From Pavona decussata (lineage: Eukaryota): a DNA stretch of 64,000 nucleotides. The notes beneath the pieces are model-generated. The model searched no databases, was not told the DNA's origin, and saw only the letters and a list, made by a program, of their open reading frames with translations. The position numbers and the translations under genes are program-made. This document shows, one piece after another, positions 10,995 to 23,230 of the stretch; the stretch's first letter is position 1; the number at the start of each line of letters is the position of its first letter. The DNA is taken from NCBI GenBank assembly GCA_977016875.1, contig CDRNST010000008.1, positions 4,216,001 to 4,280,000 of the forward strand. Reading direction: 5' to 3'.

Positions 10995-13900
10995 TTTTGC
11001 TCGCCAGGATGGACAAACCACCAGACAAAACATCATAATTGTGGATTGGTACTAGGTACCCCAGTTGACCTTCAAAAACATCCACCAGGTCCCTGCTTCA
11101 ATCCTTCCATCAACAGATGGAAATATTCCCTTGATACACCACCTGCATCAATTCCTAGCTCGTGTACACATTCAATGCACAAGCGTTATGTCAAAACTGG
11201 GATTTTATATTTTCCCAGCATCTGCTTCAAAATATCTGTTTTCCCATCCACCTCTACATCAAGATCACAGCCTCCTCAGTAAGTGCTTTGAGAGAGTTTG
11301 CTGGAACCTTTGCATTCACTATTGCAGCTAAGGGTGTATCCCAAAGCCACTCCTCATCTTCTTTGGTGCTTTAAGTAGCTACATAAGTGATACCTATAAA
11401 AAAGGCTTTAAATTACAGTTTCCCCTCTATATCCATAAGCTTGCTTGCTTATGTACCAAAAACTAATGCCTAATGTCTTGATAAAAGAAATCTGGCCTAC
11501 AAGACAATTTTGACAACATCGATATATATTTTTTTAAAATTGTGACCTTTTACATCATTTTAGAATAGACTAAAAGGAAAATACTGAAACTTAAATAGGC
11601 AAATGATACCACATACACTGTTTTATGCCTTGAGGGTTAATGAGCTAGGGTGGTCAACTGATAGTGATACATTACAGATAAATAATTGGCAATTGAGGGT
11701 GGAAAAAGACAAGAAGCAAACCAAAAATACATAAAAAGATGGAGAGATATATGTGAAGAAATAATAGAACACTATTTATGTTACCTTGGTAGATGTTTAT
11801 TTATATATTTAACATGTAACATGCATATTTCACTAGCAATCTGCTCAAAGTTTACATTAAAGGTGTACAGATTGCCAGTGAGAATGAGACGAACAATATC
11901 AAACATTTTTGCCATTATCCAAACAAATTGTTTTATTCATCTGATCAATCAATCAATCCCAACGTTTATTTGCCCTAGAACTTAAAAGCAGCACAAATAC
12001 ACCTGTATGATTTTCCTCAAGAAGTATGTTAATGGCTTTGCCCAAATCTGAACCAGCACTTTCCAGAGCCTGTTCGACTCGCTCCTGCTTTAAGTTGGGA
12101 AACATTTCTACCAGGACATCAAAATCACTCTTTTTGGCCAATTCATTTGATGTTTCAGACTGACTCGTGGTATTTGTGGTATCTCCTTCACTAGAAGGTT
12201 GGTAAACATCAGAGGATGGCATATGTACATCACTTTGCTGTAAGCTTGATGGGGGAGCAATGTCTTTATCTGTGCCCCTGGGACCTGGTTCAGCAATAGC
12301 ATTTGAGACAGGGAGCAATGTACGTGAGTGATAAAAATCTGCGAGTCAGCGAGCCATGCAAGCCATGCGAGTCACGCGAGTCATGCGAGCCACAGTATAA
12401 ATGTTAAGAATTTTTATTTGTTGTATTTACATTCACATAAGAACAAGAGCATCGGAACAAGATGAATAACCTCGCAATATTTAATTCTTACAGTGGGACA
12501 ACGCAAACCATCATATTTCAGTTTTTTGTTAATTGACATGTCAGGACTACATGTAATTGTCAGTGTCATTCCAATCTTGTAAGGTATGATAAATGAGTAC
12601 TCAAAGATGAGCGAAGTCAATATTGTCGCACTAAATGCAATTTGAAAAGAAGCAGCGTAAAAGAAGCATTTAATTTGCCGTCAGCTGGTGGGTCGAATGC
12701 TATCTCGCAACCAGCCTCTGCCACTCTAGTGGCGAGTTTTGAAGAAAGACTTGTCTAAGTGAAAGGACAACCACATGCAGCAGTCAGCCAACCGACAGAG
12801 TTCTGATAACTCTAATTCTCGACTAAAGACCAAACCTGTTAAAATGGCGCGATTTACTCACCATTCTTGATGCCAACACACGGAGATCGAAGTGCTGTTC
12901 TTTTCTTTTTTTTTTTTTTCTTGAATGAAGTTCCACGTGGATATCAATGAATGACATGTGTCAATAGATAACTATTCGAGTAGCGGTGCAGCCGTACGTT
13001 TTTCTCTGATTTTTTTTTCTGAAGTCTTGAACCTTAATAAATTTTTGCGTATTTTTTTTATTTTTTGCGCATCTCGGGCGATTTTGAAAAGGCAAAATTC
13101 TCTCCAAAATTATAACAAAAACGAAAAAAAAAAGGAAAAATTCGTCCAAAATTTTCTCACGCGAATGTAAATAAAACAAATAAAAATTCTCAACATTTGC
13201 ACTGTGGCTCGCATGGCTCGCACGGTGGCTCGCTGGCTTGCAGATTTCACAGACCCAATGTACGTCTTCCAAGTAATCCCTGATGTCCTTGTCATTAGCA
13301 ACCAGACTGTCATCGTCTTCACTCTGAAATAATATATATCAAGGAGAATAATTTAGATGCTATGTAAATGGTAGTTTGATCTTTAAAAGACGTTATAAAA
13401 CACTAAATGGATGTTACAAATTTACGCTGGCCAAGAAGGAGCATTTAGTTTGTTCAGCTTTAATACAGTATTCATAGGAATGGCAATTCAAAGGAAGCTT
13501 TTTTAGAGAAAGTAGCCTGTTATTACTTGTCACCTATTCTAGAGAGTGCATAATTACTTCTTTAGCAGACAGCAAGGCAGAAGATCAGGCAAAAGGAAGG
13601 AGATGCTCATAAAATATTTCAACTCCCCCAAAGAAGCCTCAATATTTATATCATGCCAAATACGAAAGAAAGCTGGAATGTATTTTTGTGATAGGACGAA
13701 AAGTTAACATTTCAGTTGCAAAAAATTAAGCAATCATCTCTTTACAACTCAGAACTTCCAAAGCTCGTATATACAAGGGTCCCTGGCCTGAGATGTGTCG
13801 TATAACACAAGCATTCCTCTCTTGGCCTGTTGGTACTTGCACAGGCACAATGCTGGAGCCAGAGCTCTTTACAAATTCAAACCTAATCAAATTGGGAAAT

Positions 13901-14830
13901 AAACTTCTCAACCAGAGTAAAAATCCACAACATTGTTACTACTAATAGTCTGACCAATACTGGTTGCCCACTCATATTTTCTTTCATAATACCGGAGAGG
14001 CAAAATATTGTGTCTGGTTTATTATTTTGTTATCGTGTTAAATCTGCTTTCTCCTGTCAATATGAGCACTTAAACTATTAATCTTTAAGCAAGCAATAGC
14101 TAGGCCTCAATTAAAAAAATTAAACTTACAGTTTTCACCAATCAGCACAGGACTCTCGATGTCCTCGGACTCCCCAATGGCAAATACCTACTGGCTATTA
14201 ATATATGATATAAAATTCTGACTCAAAAGAGAGGTCCCACTTCTTTTCAAATGCAGAAGAACGTTTAATGAGTGGCTAAAAGAATTGAGTTTGAACAATT
14301 AAATCTCATTCGATGGCATTCCTGAGATGTTAGATACACAGGAACGTCGAATAATGTTAATTTTAATTTTTCTAATCAGTTTAGAGGAAGATATTTTTTT
14401 AAACTTGGACGTAGTCTCCAAATATATTACACCCCATCCCACAAGCATTATATACTAACGCCAATATCGCGTGTTGTGTTTATATAACAAATGACTTTCG
14501 TGAACACACAGTGATATAAAAACTGAAATTGAATTGAAAATGTTACCTTCGGCTTGTGATTGAATTTGCTCTCATCACATTTTGCAACCCTTCCTCGCCC
14601 TCCGAATGGTATGATCGGTCTTTCATGCAGATCTCAAGAGCACACATCTTGTAGTTGTCATTAGATGCCCAACATCAAACTAGTACTCAATCCAACGTGT
14701 AGAGCGATCCTCCTCTGTGAGTCTTCGGTAGTGAAAAAATAAATCACCAGAAGGAGCTTCCCGTGCGCCACCCTTGGAAACCCTTCAAAAAAAACTATTG
14801 AAACAAAGACTTCTTTTCTCTCTGCATCCA
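10995..14830 (-). pseudogene. Spliced G2E3-like Ubl-CUE-HECT gene remnant
   Basis: FPNL..FEF...SGQGPLYIR at 13726-13911, CUE domain FDVLVEMFPNLKQERVEQALESAGSDLGKAINILL at 12000-12130, and HECT N-lobe GIDAGGVSREYF near 11120-11160. Truncated against the Tc1 remnant. Confidence 0.7.
12326..13255. mobile_element. Non-autonomous TIR element (Mutator-type MITE), 10-bp TSD
   Basis: Direct repeat CAATGTACGT at 12316-12325 and 13256-13265. Imperfect TIRs of about 110 bp contain GCGAGCCAT repeats. Confidence 0.85.
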
Positions 14831-16449
14831 CTGCAACGCCTATAAGGAATAGTGCCAATGATTAATAGGCATTCTTTTTAACCAAGCCACTTATTAGATT
14901 AATACCAACATTCATAAACAGCACACTGTAACAACCGCTATTCGTTACTTTCTTGCATTAAAAACTCGAGTAAACATGCGAGTCTGCTTGGCCACCCATC
15001 ACAAGTTAACTTTCGTCTACAGCACTTGTGATTTCTTGTTAACAACAGCTTAAGCTGCTGTATTACGTTTGAAAATAGTGTTGACACATAATTTTTAGTG
15101 GAATTCTTTTCTCTTAAACGAATTTAGATACTCTCCACCGATCTTGAAAATGAGCCATTAGACTCGAGTAACTAAGGGGACAGAGAATGTGGCATATCAG
15201 TAACCAATACAACAATACAATGTTTAATTGTAATTAACAAATCAAAATCAAATGTACACAACATATTTAGCACCTGAAATTTTTGTTGTCCATTTGAGAT
15301 GCTCTCTGCTTTCCTTTCTTGAATTTAGTTTTGTGAACATCAATGAAACTGTTTTAGCCAGGGGTGGGGTTATGGCCTGGAGCCTACCCCGCCGTAAAAT
15401 GATTTTTTTGAATTACTTTGGCGTGTAGTGCATGGGCACTGTACGGATATCGCCACCAGATTGTTTTATTAAGAAGCTCATTATGGCGCGTCATGAGTAA
15501 AAAGAACGAGAAAAGAGACATGCGGCAGCTTCATGCTAAATGCCAGCCAGATTTTTCTTGCAAGGCTGTTATTCCTAATGGACCCGGTTTTTGCGGTAGA
15601 ACTGGCCGATTCTCACGAATGGAATGTAGTGTTGTGATGCCTTATATCCGAGCGTTAGCACAAAATTGCATGCAATTACGTGCACTAGCACCAGCAATAT
15701 CATGTGAATGTGAAAGAATTGCAAGCACATTGTCGAATTACATGAGCCCATCGATGGGAAAAAGCCGCTTATCGAACGCGCATCTCCACACCATTAAGAT
15801 ACCTACGCGCATCTATGCGTCTGTTTAGGTCATTTAAATAGAAAATCAAAACCAACCTACAGGCCTTGTACTTTAGCCAAGGCAAAGAAAGAATCGTATT
15901 TATGACTAATTATTTTAATGTATAATAAAAAGCGGACTTTATAGCCAGAAACAAGAAGGTAAATTACCACTAGGCTTAATTCATTATGACCCGGCCCTCT
16001 TTCTTTTCTACTTACTTGTTTCTCAGACTTGAGGAGTCATAGACACTACCGTCAGCACTTGGCCTTACAAACGCCCAAAATGAACAACAAATTGTAAACA
16101 TGCAACAAACAAAGGAAAACTTGCTTCTGTAACTAACTCCACAGGTGACGTACACATAAAATGATTTCAATATAAATCCTCAACAGGTTAGTACGGGTTA
16201 GCTCAACAATCCAAACATTGCGTTATCAATAGGTTAGTGGGGATTATAAGCATGAACTACAATTAGGGTGGGTAGACCGCCATGCCTCTAATCTTTTAAC
16301 TCGTTTTACAACTTGTTTCGCAACTCTAATAGCACAGTCCTCTCAGTGCAATCCATTGAAATACCAAATGCTGCTCACTAATGAGAGTGCGCAGAGATAA
16401 CAGATGGATGGATGGATGGATGAATAAATGAATGAAGCAGCTAGGCGTA

Positions 16450-19345
16450 TTTCTTCAGCAGCTAATGATAACGTTTTTTTCTCATTTTGAAGGCCTCTGA
16501 AGGCGGTGTAGACCTCTGCTTGCTGCTCCTTGTCTTTGATGTGCTCAGCTATCTTGCGCCGCCAACTCCGATGAACATGTCAGCTACAAAGGAGCTTCTT
16601 GTCAGGCCTAGAGAAGGTAGACGCCCATGCGTTATGGTAGGCTTCTGCATCATCACTCATAAATATTTCTGTTTTCACGTCCCCACATCTCTCCCTGATG
16701 CTTTCAAAAAACGCCCTAAGGACATCGGCCGATTCTTTGTTGCTAATCAGCCATGCAACTGGGATGCCTTCATCATAGTGTTCAATCACTAGGACCGTGA
16801 TCAGTCGGAAATTGTAGCAATTTGTCCCATCGGTGGCAACCACACAAACTAGCTTTGTGGTGTGTTTGACAAACATGTCCTGCTGAAATTCAGTTTGAAT
16901 TCCCAACAAAAAATCATTGGACTCAATGCCGGCGTGGCTTGAAATGTCTCCTTGGCTCTTAAAACAAAGGACAGAATTGTGCTCCTCCCTCTTTATCTCT
17001 GCCACCCAATACGTGATACTGTTTGCATCATCATGGTCTTTTTGCATGCAGCTGATGTTGTGCAGATCCAAACGGGTCGTCAGGTGAACTCTGGTAAGAG
17101 GACCAGCTTGGCTGTCCCTGATGGCATTCATTTGGACCCCCTGTGCTAATTTGGCAGCAATGCGTGAGCGCATTTCCTTTGACATCCGGTTATGCGCAAT
17201 GTCCTTTCTGTGACCCACATGAGTCAAACAAAAGTCTGCCATTACTTCTCCAGTGGCAGCATCCGTCCTTGCAGTGATGAATGGTGGGCACGAACAACCA
17301 GTTTTCGACGTTCCTTGGGACTTCAATGACCGCTTTCATTTTCCTTTGGATTCCCACTCGCCAGTTCTATTGCAGTAGAACCAGGAAGTCTTGTGATATT
17401 TTGCTCTTCGGTCACCTTGTTGTTTCACAAACCAACTTTTCCCCATCTTTTCCTTGCTTTCCTTCCATGAGACAAATTCCTCCCAATTATCGAGTGTCAC
17501 AGTTTCAATCTTTAGGCCATGTCCGTGGCAAGAATTTAAGTGCTGAATCAAATCCTGTGCCATTTCATGAGAGTATGCCCGGCTAGAAAAGAAATTCAAA
17601 ATTGAAGTAAACATTAGCTTCCGTGTAATACACCATAAGTGATGCATTTTAACGGATTCGGGGTGATTTCTAATCAATTCTACTCAACCATTTGAAGATT
17701 TATTTCAACTATCTAAATGTGATTAAAGTTACCTTAACAATTTACTGATTTGCTACTCGGCATATTCCATTTAGCACTTTTACCTGAAAAAGGAGATTTT
17801 AAATCTAAACAATACCTGTGAAATGTTATTAATTATAAAGCTCTGGGTTGACAGCATTGCTTGCAATTTCGCACATTGACTACTCCCTATTCACGTTTTG
17901 GCTCTTAACAGACACACGTTGTTATAAGTCCTCTTATCTTATCAACTTTTCCTCTTTCCTCGCCTTGGGATTTTTCTCATTGTGACAAAAAAATATAGAG
18001 CTTTTAACTCACCTTGATTCTTTTCCTTTGCATTCGGGACAAATTACATGTTTGCTTTCCTTAGGCTTAGAGATGTCATGGGTCGCTGTGTGTTTCCTCT
18101 TTTATGTTTGTGTAGGCAGTTTCGGCTACTCAGCTCCAAGCCACAGTACTCACATTGGAAAATTTCAGGGCACTGTTTGGTTGCTGCGCTGAAGTTTGAG
18201 AGGACTGACCGTCTGCTTCTGGAGATGGAGGTGTTGAACCAGTGTTACTCCTTGGACTTGTCGATGGCTGTTCACTGGAATTAGTTTTCATGGTGGGCGT
18301 TTTCCCTGAATTGGAAATTGTTTTAGGGAAAGTGGCTGTTTTGGGGGATGGTATTGCCGTTGAACTGCTGCCACACCAAGTACCAGGCAATGGACCCATG
18401 GACGTAGAAGGTCGAGGTTCTTCTGCAGCACGTGGATGTTCATTTTATTTGAAGCATGTGTTCCTTCAGTTGACATCTTTGATATCTTTGAAGATGGCGA
18501 AGTCCCCAAAATATGCCTTTTCTTACACGGAATAGGAACCCTATTTGCGGGAGAATGCACTTCCTTAGCTGAAGAAGATGCTAATTTTGACCAGGTGCCA
18601 TTGGAGGTCTGGGCGTAGGAAGTAGAAGGAGGAGAACATTCCACAGACGTTGAATCACCCTGCGCTGCGTCTAGAGATATATAATAGGAGGCGTGATTAT
18701 TTCCAACAACTTCAGCCTTCTCTTGGAATTGCTAGCTGTGTCTTGGCGAAGGCAAAACGAGTGGTCAGACTTTGCAGGAAGAAGGTTATCGTGCCAACCA
18801 TTTTGCAGCAGCACGTAATCGATGTCAATGCGGCCTTCAGCGAACCAACACATCAAGACACGTCTCAAATAGTGAGCATGTTGAGTCGGGCGGTGAAGAT
18901 ATATTGCCTCTTTTTCATGTGGGCCAATCAGGTACTGAAAAAGGGACTTATCTAACGCCGCCAGGGCTGCGCTGATCAACACAATAACTCCACAGATATC
19001 AGAACACATCTGCAATGGGTAGTTGCGACATCGCCACTCGCACAAATGGCCGGTGGCCATAGGGGAATGAGCCGAGAAAAGGTGAACATCTTCATAGCGT
19101 CCCACACTGGGTATGTGGGCTGTGAGGGTGTTCACCATTTCTAGCATGTTTGATGGAGGTTCCCAGGCCAACGTGTCACAGTAGATGATTCGCTTGTATG
19201 GCCTCAGCTCGACAACAACCGAAATCCAGTAATTACCTGAGTTGTTTGCCCCACCGATGAAGGTCTTGCCATGTGTGTTTTTGCCAATGTTGATGGCAAA
19301 TACGAGTCGCTTCAGGGTCCCAAAATTGAAACGTTTACTTTTCCT
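16450..19345 (-). pseudogene. MULE transposase gene with N-terminal Ulp1/C48-like protease and C2H2 fingers (5' part continues at 26376-26545)
   Basis: MULE core FLLGIQTEFQ, GIPVAWLIS, FMSDDA, LLCS*H; CEYCGLELSSRNCLHKH finger; protease motifs GNYWISVVV, IYCDTL, PLQMCSDICG. Confidence 0.8.
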
Positions 19346-19669
19346 TATGGTCGGCGAAATGGTGCAAAATTCAGGATAAGTATTCATTCACATTCACGAT
19401 TAATATTTTGATTAACAAATAAAACCGTTCACATTCAGCATTTGTATCTATATTCTGGATCGATATTAGCTCACATTCAAGATTTGTATTCGTTCAATAG
19501 TTATAATTTCGTCCACTTTCAGCTATTCTATCGGTTCACATTCACAGTACGCCGAATGGTGCAAAATTCACGAAATATTTCCATTCAGCAATTTCTGCGC
19601 ATCGTATCTTGCGCGCCCCATGTGACATAAAATGACCTCATACCCAGAGCCCGCGCTTTCGTAATCAAA

Positions 19670-21189
19670 ATGGTGGATGCGAGTGAACAGACCGAACTAC
19701 CGGTATATGATGTCTCTGATTGGAACTTTTTTTTTGAGCAATACTTGACATTCTTGACGAAAGTGAAACATTATGGGAAACACCTGATACTGACCGTCGG
19801 GAAGCAGTCCAGATTAGGCTGGAGTATGCTATAGAAGGGATTCAATCCATACTACCATTTCTCTCAGAGACTAGAATGGTAATGACAGAAATTCTGAGAA
19901 ACCTGCACCAGATATACAGGCAATGGATGGGAAGCCCGCGTTCAAGGTGTACCGATCTCGCTCTGTATTTGCTAGTCCGTCCAACAGTGGAAAGAAATGG
20001 GGATAGAGGTAGACCAAGGCTTGAAATACCAGAAGACGTGCTGATCAATCTTCGCTCATTGGGCCTTCCCTGGACCGAAATAGCTAGAATGCTTCTAGTA
20101 TCGCATTGGACTTTAAGGCGTCGCGTGGTGGAGTATAGACTGCAGGATGTTACAGGGTATTCACCCTTAACTGACGAACAGTAAGATAACATTGTGACGC
20201 AGTTTATGTTGACTCATGGAAACTTGGTTGGGTATTCTTTGCTGTCAGGGCACCTTCGATCACTCTGCTTACGGGTGCAACGTGATCGGATTAGAGCAAG
20301 CATTGCTCGTGCTGACCCCGAGAACTCCAGAATTCACTGGGCAGTGGTAGTTTCCAGGCGTGCATATTCAGTACCTGGACCAAATAGCTTATGGCACATT
20401 GATGGCCATCACAGCTTGGTGTCTTGGAAGTTTGTCATCCACGGAGGCATAGATGGCTTCTCTCGCCTCATCGTTTTTTTAAAGTGTTCTACAAATAACA
20501 GAAGTGAAATGGTCAGAGATGAATTCCTAACAGCTACACAGAATTACGAGTGGCCATCACGAGTTCGTACTGATTATGGCGGTGAAAATGTGCTAGTGTG
20601 GGCCTTGATGGAAGAGGTTAGAGGACCTAACAGAGGAAGTTACATCGCGGGAAGTTCAACTCAGAATCAACGTATTGAACGCCTCTGGAGAGATGTTTTC
20701 CGTGCTGTGACCCACATGTTTTATTATACCTTTCAATCTATGGAAGAAGCTGGTATTCTTGATAGAAACAGTGATCTCCATATGTTCGCTCTGCATTTTA
20801 TTTTTCTCCCGAGAATAAACAGAGCCATTGACAGCTTTACAGCAGCTTGGAATCAGCACCCAATTCGAACAGAAAGGAATTGGACACCTATGAGGATCTG
20901 GAGCAATGGGATGATTGACCAGCGTAATCGTGACCTTAATGCAGTTGCAGATGTAGCAGAGTCAGCGATTAGCAACGACGACCTACAATGGTATGGTTAT
21001 GATCCACAGGCCCCACTCCCAAGTGATGATGGTCTTTCCTCTGTTAATGTTGAGGACGTAGCTGTTCACATACCTGAAGAAGTCCTTGACCAGCTTCACC
21101 GCGAAGTAGACCCATTGCAAGAATCAAACGTTTTTGGGATTGACTTGTATCAAGAAGCACTCGACCTTCTTTGTACTGAGTCACAGTAG
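19670..21189 (+). pseudogene. IS3/IS481-like integrase-core DDE transposase with HTH
   Basis: GRPR, HTH (WTEIARMLLVS), WHIDG, VRTDYG, NQRIERLW, WNQHPIRTE. Premature TAA at 20182-84, where the second copy has CTA. The 5' part also appears frameshifted. Confidence 0.88.
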
Positions 21190-22421
21190 ATGACTAGTAA
21201 ATTGAAGGTCGCATTGAACTTATAAAGATTCTCATCATTCATAGTTTATTATCTGAGGCCGGCCAGCTTCAATCTATTGACAAGGGGAGGGGTTGGTCCA
21301 GAGAATATGTAATAATAATGGTTTGTGACACGACTGCGTCATTTTATAAAGAACAACTAAAGACGAAAAAATTTGACACAACGCAAACATAAGTGCAAGC
21401 AACATACACAGAAGCAGTAACACGTTCATAATTAGCAGCTTATGTCCCTAGGCAATAATGATCACCACGTTACTGAGTTGGCGCATGTTGGTTCGCTTTT
21501 TTGCACAGATGATACTCACATTTTTCCCATCCCTTTGGGATTGAGAAGAATAATTCGTGAATTGAAAATATCTCGTGTTATCTGTAACACCATCGAGTAT
21601 ATCTCATTATAAGATAAAATGATCTCAGTAAGCTTAACGTGCATGTCAACAGGTAATTCAACTCCTATGCCTATCTTTGATGGTTGTTAGTTAACCTGGC
21701 TCAGAAATATTTAAATGTTACTGTTCTATATGTTAAATACAACAACGTAAATATGAAATAACTTATACAGGGAAAAGCATGACGCAGATATCAATTTTTC
21801 TCTGTGTCCAATTCGTCCAAGAAGAGTTTAATTGTTGAAATCCATTGCAGGGAATAAGTACAGGGCCGTTTTCTTATTCAATGGATTATGTTTCAGCGCA
21901 AACATGCGAGATGCCATGGGTTATTGTCCTGTTGATTTTAAAGCAAGACAGAACCGTTACTTTGAAATAGAGGAAACAGTATTCCAAGGGTAAGATCTCA
22001 TGAGGGCCATGAAATGGATCAATTTGTCCCACTTATTGTGTGAAAGCCCTATAGTTTGTACTTGATTATATGTAACAGTTCAATTTTACATCACATCAGT
22101 GTTGTTGTTGACTGTGAGTGTATGTCTCAAGAAACAAGGTCAATTTTTTCCGGGAGACATTGCTTGCCATTTTAATTATGATTGACAGAAGTATAAAACA
22201 CAACCATTTGCTGAGTTGATAAATACACAGAAAACTCTTACAATTAAAGTCTCACAATGATACATCAATATATACATTTTATTATCTCTTGCTAATAATT
22301 ATTTAAATTTTCAACTTGCTGGAGTCTACAAAATGCCAGATAGCAAATATGAAGAAAGGTCGATCACTTATATAATTAGGACCAGCTATCGCAACGTAAT
22401 GCCACCTCACAGTTCCATGTC

Positions 22422-22692
22422 ATAGAGCGGTTTTCAAATGAGTGTCGTAAAACGAAAATCAAGTAATCACACCAATCACAACAAATTAACCAATTAGAAC
22501 TAGTAGTAAATTTATGTAAATGCCGCAAAGCGCAGGAAACTCCAGCAAGTTTTTGTTTTTGTTTTTTTTTTGGGGGGGGGGGGTTTACTTCCAATAAGTG
22601 AAGAAAGTGGCACCAGTTTTTTATAAAACAAACACAAAGCATAGTGATAAGAAAATGATTACTTTTCGACACGCAACTGAAAACTGCTCTAT
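22422..22692. mobile_element. Short MITE inside the IS3EU element
   Basis: TIR TAGAGCGGTTTTCA...TGAAAACTGCTCTA. A partial copy is at about 58020-58240 in the second IS3EU. Confidence 0.7.
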
Positions 22693-23230
22693 CAAGCTTT
22701 CAAAAGTCTGCTTACATGACCTTGCAATGTCGTAACAACAAGTATTTTAATAGCTACAATAGCTGAATCAGCACATAATTTGAACAGTTTATAAGAACTA
22801 TTCCTATTTGGAAATTTGAGAGCTGAAAAAAACAAAGTCAAGACCACACTGCTGCTGGTTTGTAATGATAATAAATTGAATTCATAGTCACCTAAAATGT
22901 GGCACAACTGATGTTAATCATGTTATCATTCTAGTGTGTGTGACATCTACAGTGAATCTGTTTTGCAATCAGCACCAACAAGGATGGTTAAAGTTTCAAA
23001 TAGGAGGAAATGAACACCCATGGAATTTTAACAAAACGAACCTGACAATACTGAGATTAAAAGACTTGCAGAGGAATGTTACTTTAAACTAGTTAACTTC
23101 ACTTTCTTGAACCACCTAACCACACATTCTAACCACAACTCAACAGGACTATAACAACAATATATGTCTGTAAACCCCCAAAGATAAATATTGAAACATT
23201 GGGTGAAGTACAACAATATGTTTAAGCAAG

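Noticed and set aside
13230-13275. Apparent PHD finger VHWVCEICK in ORF 12961-13272
   Set aside because: It is produced by reading from the TSD into the MITE terminus at 13255, so it is a junction artefact.
15418-15828. 136-aa ORF
   Set aside because: Non-ATG start, no recognisable motif, and located in decayed repeat sequence.
19346-19387. N-terminus MNTYPEFCTISPTI of ORF 18671-19387, and similarly the start of ORF 59124-59315
   Set aside because: These are translated IS3EU TIR sequence. The real upstream coding parts lie across the insertions.
20194-21189. Bacterial IS3/IS481 element or contamination
   Set aside because: The partner gene has spliceosomal introns and the element is nested with a TSD in eukaryotic TE sequence.
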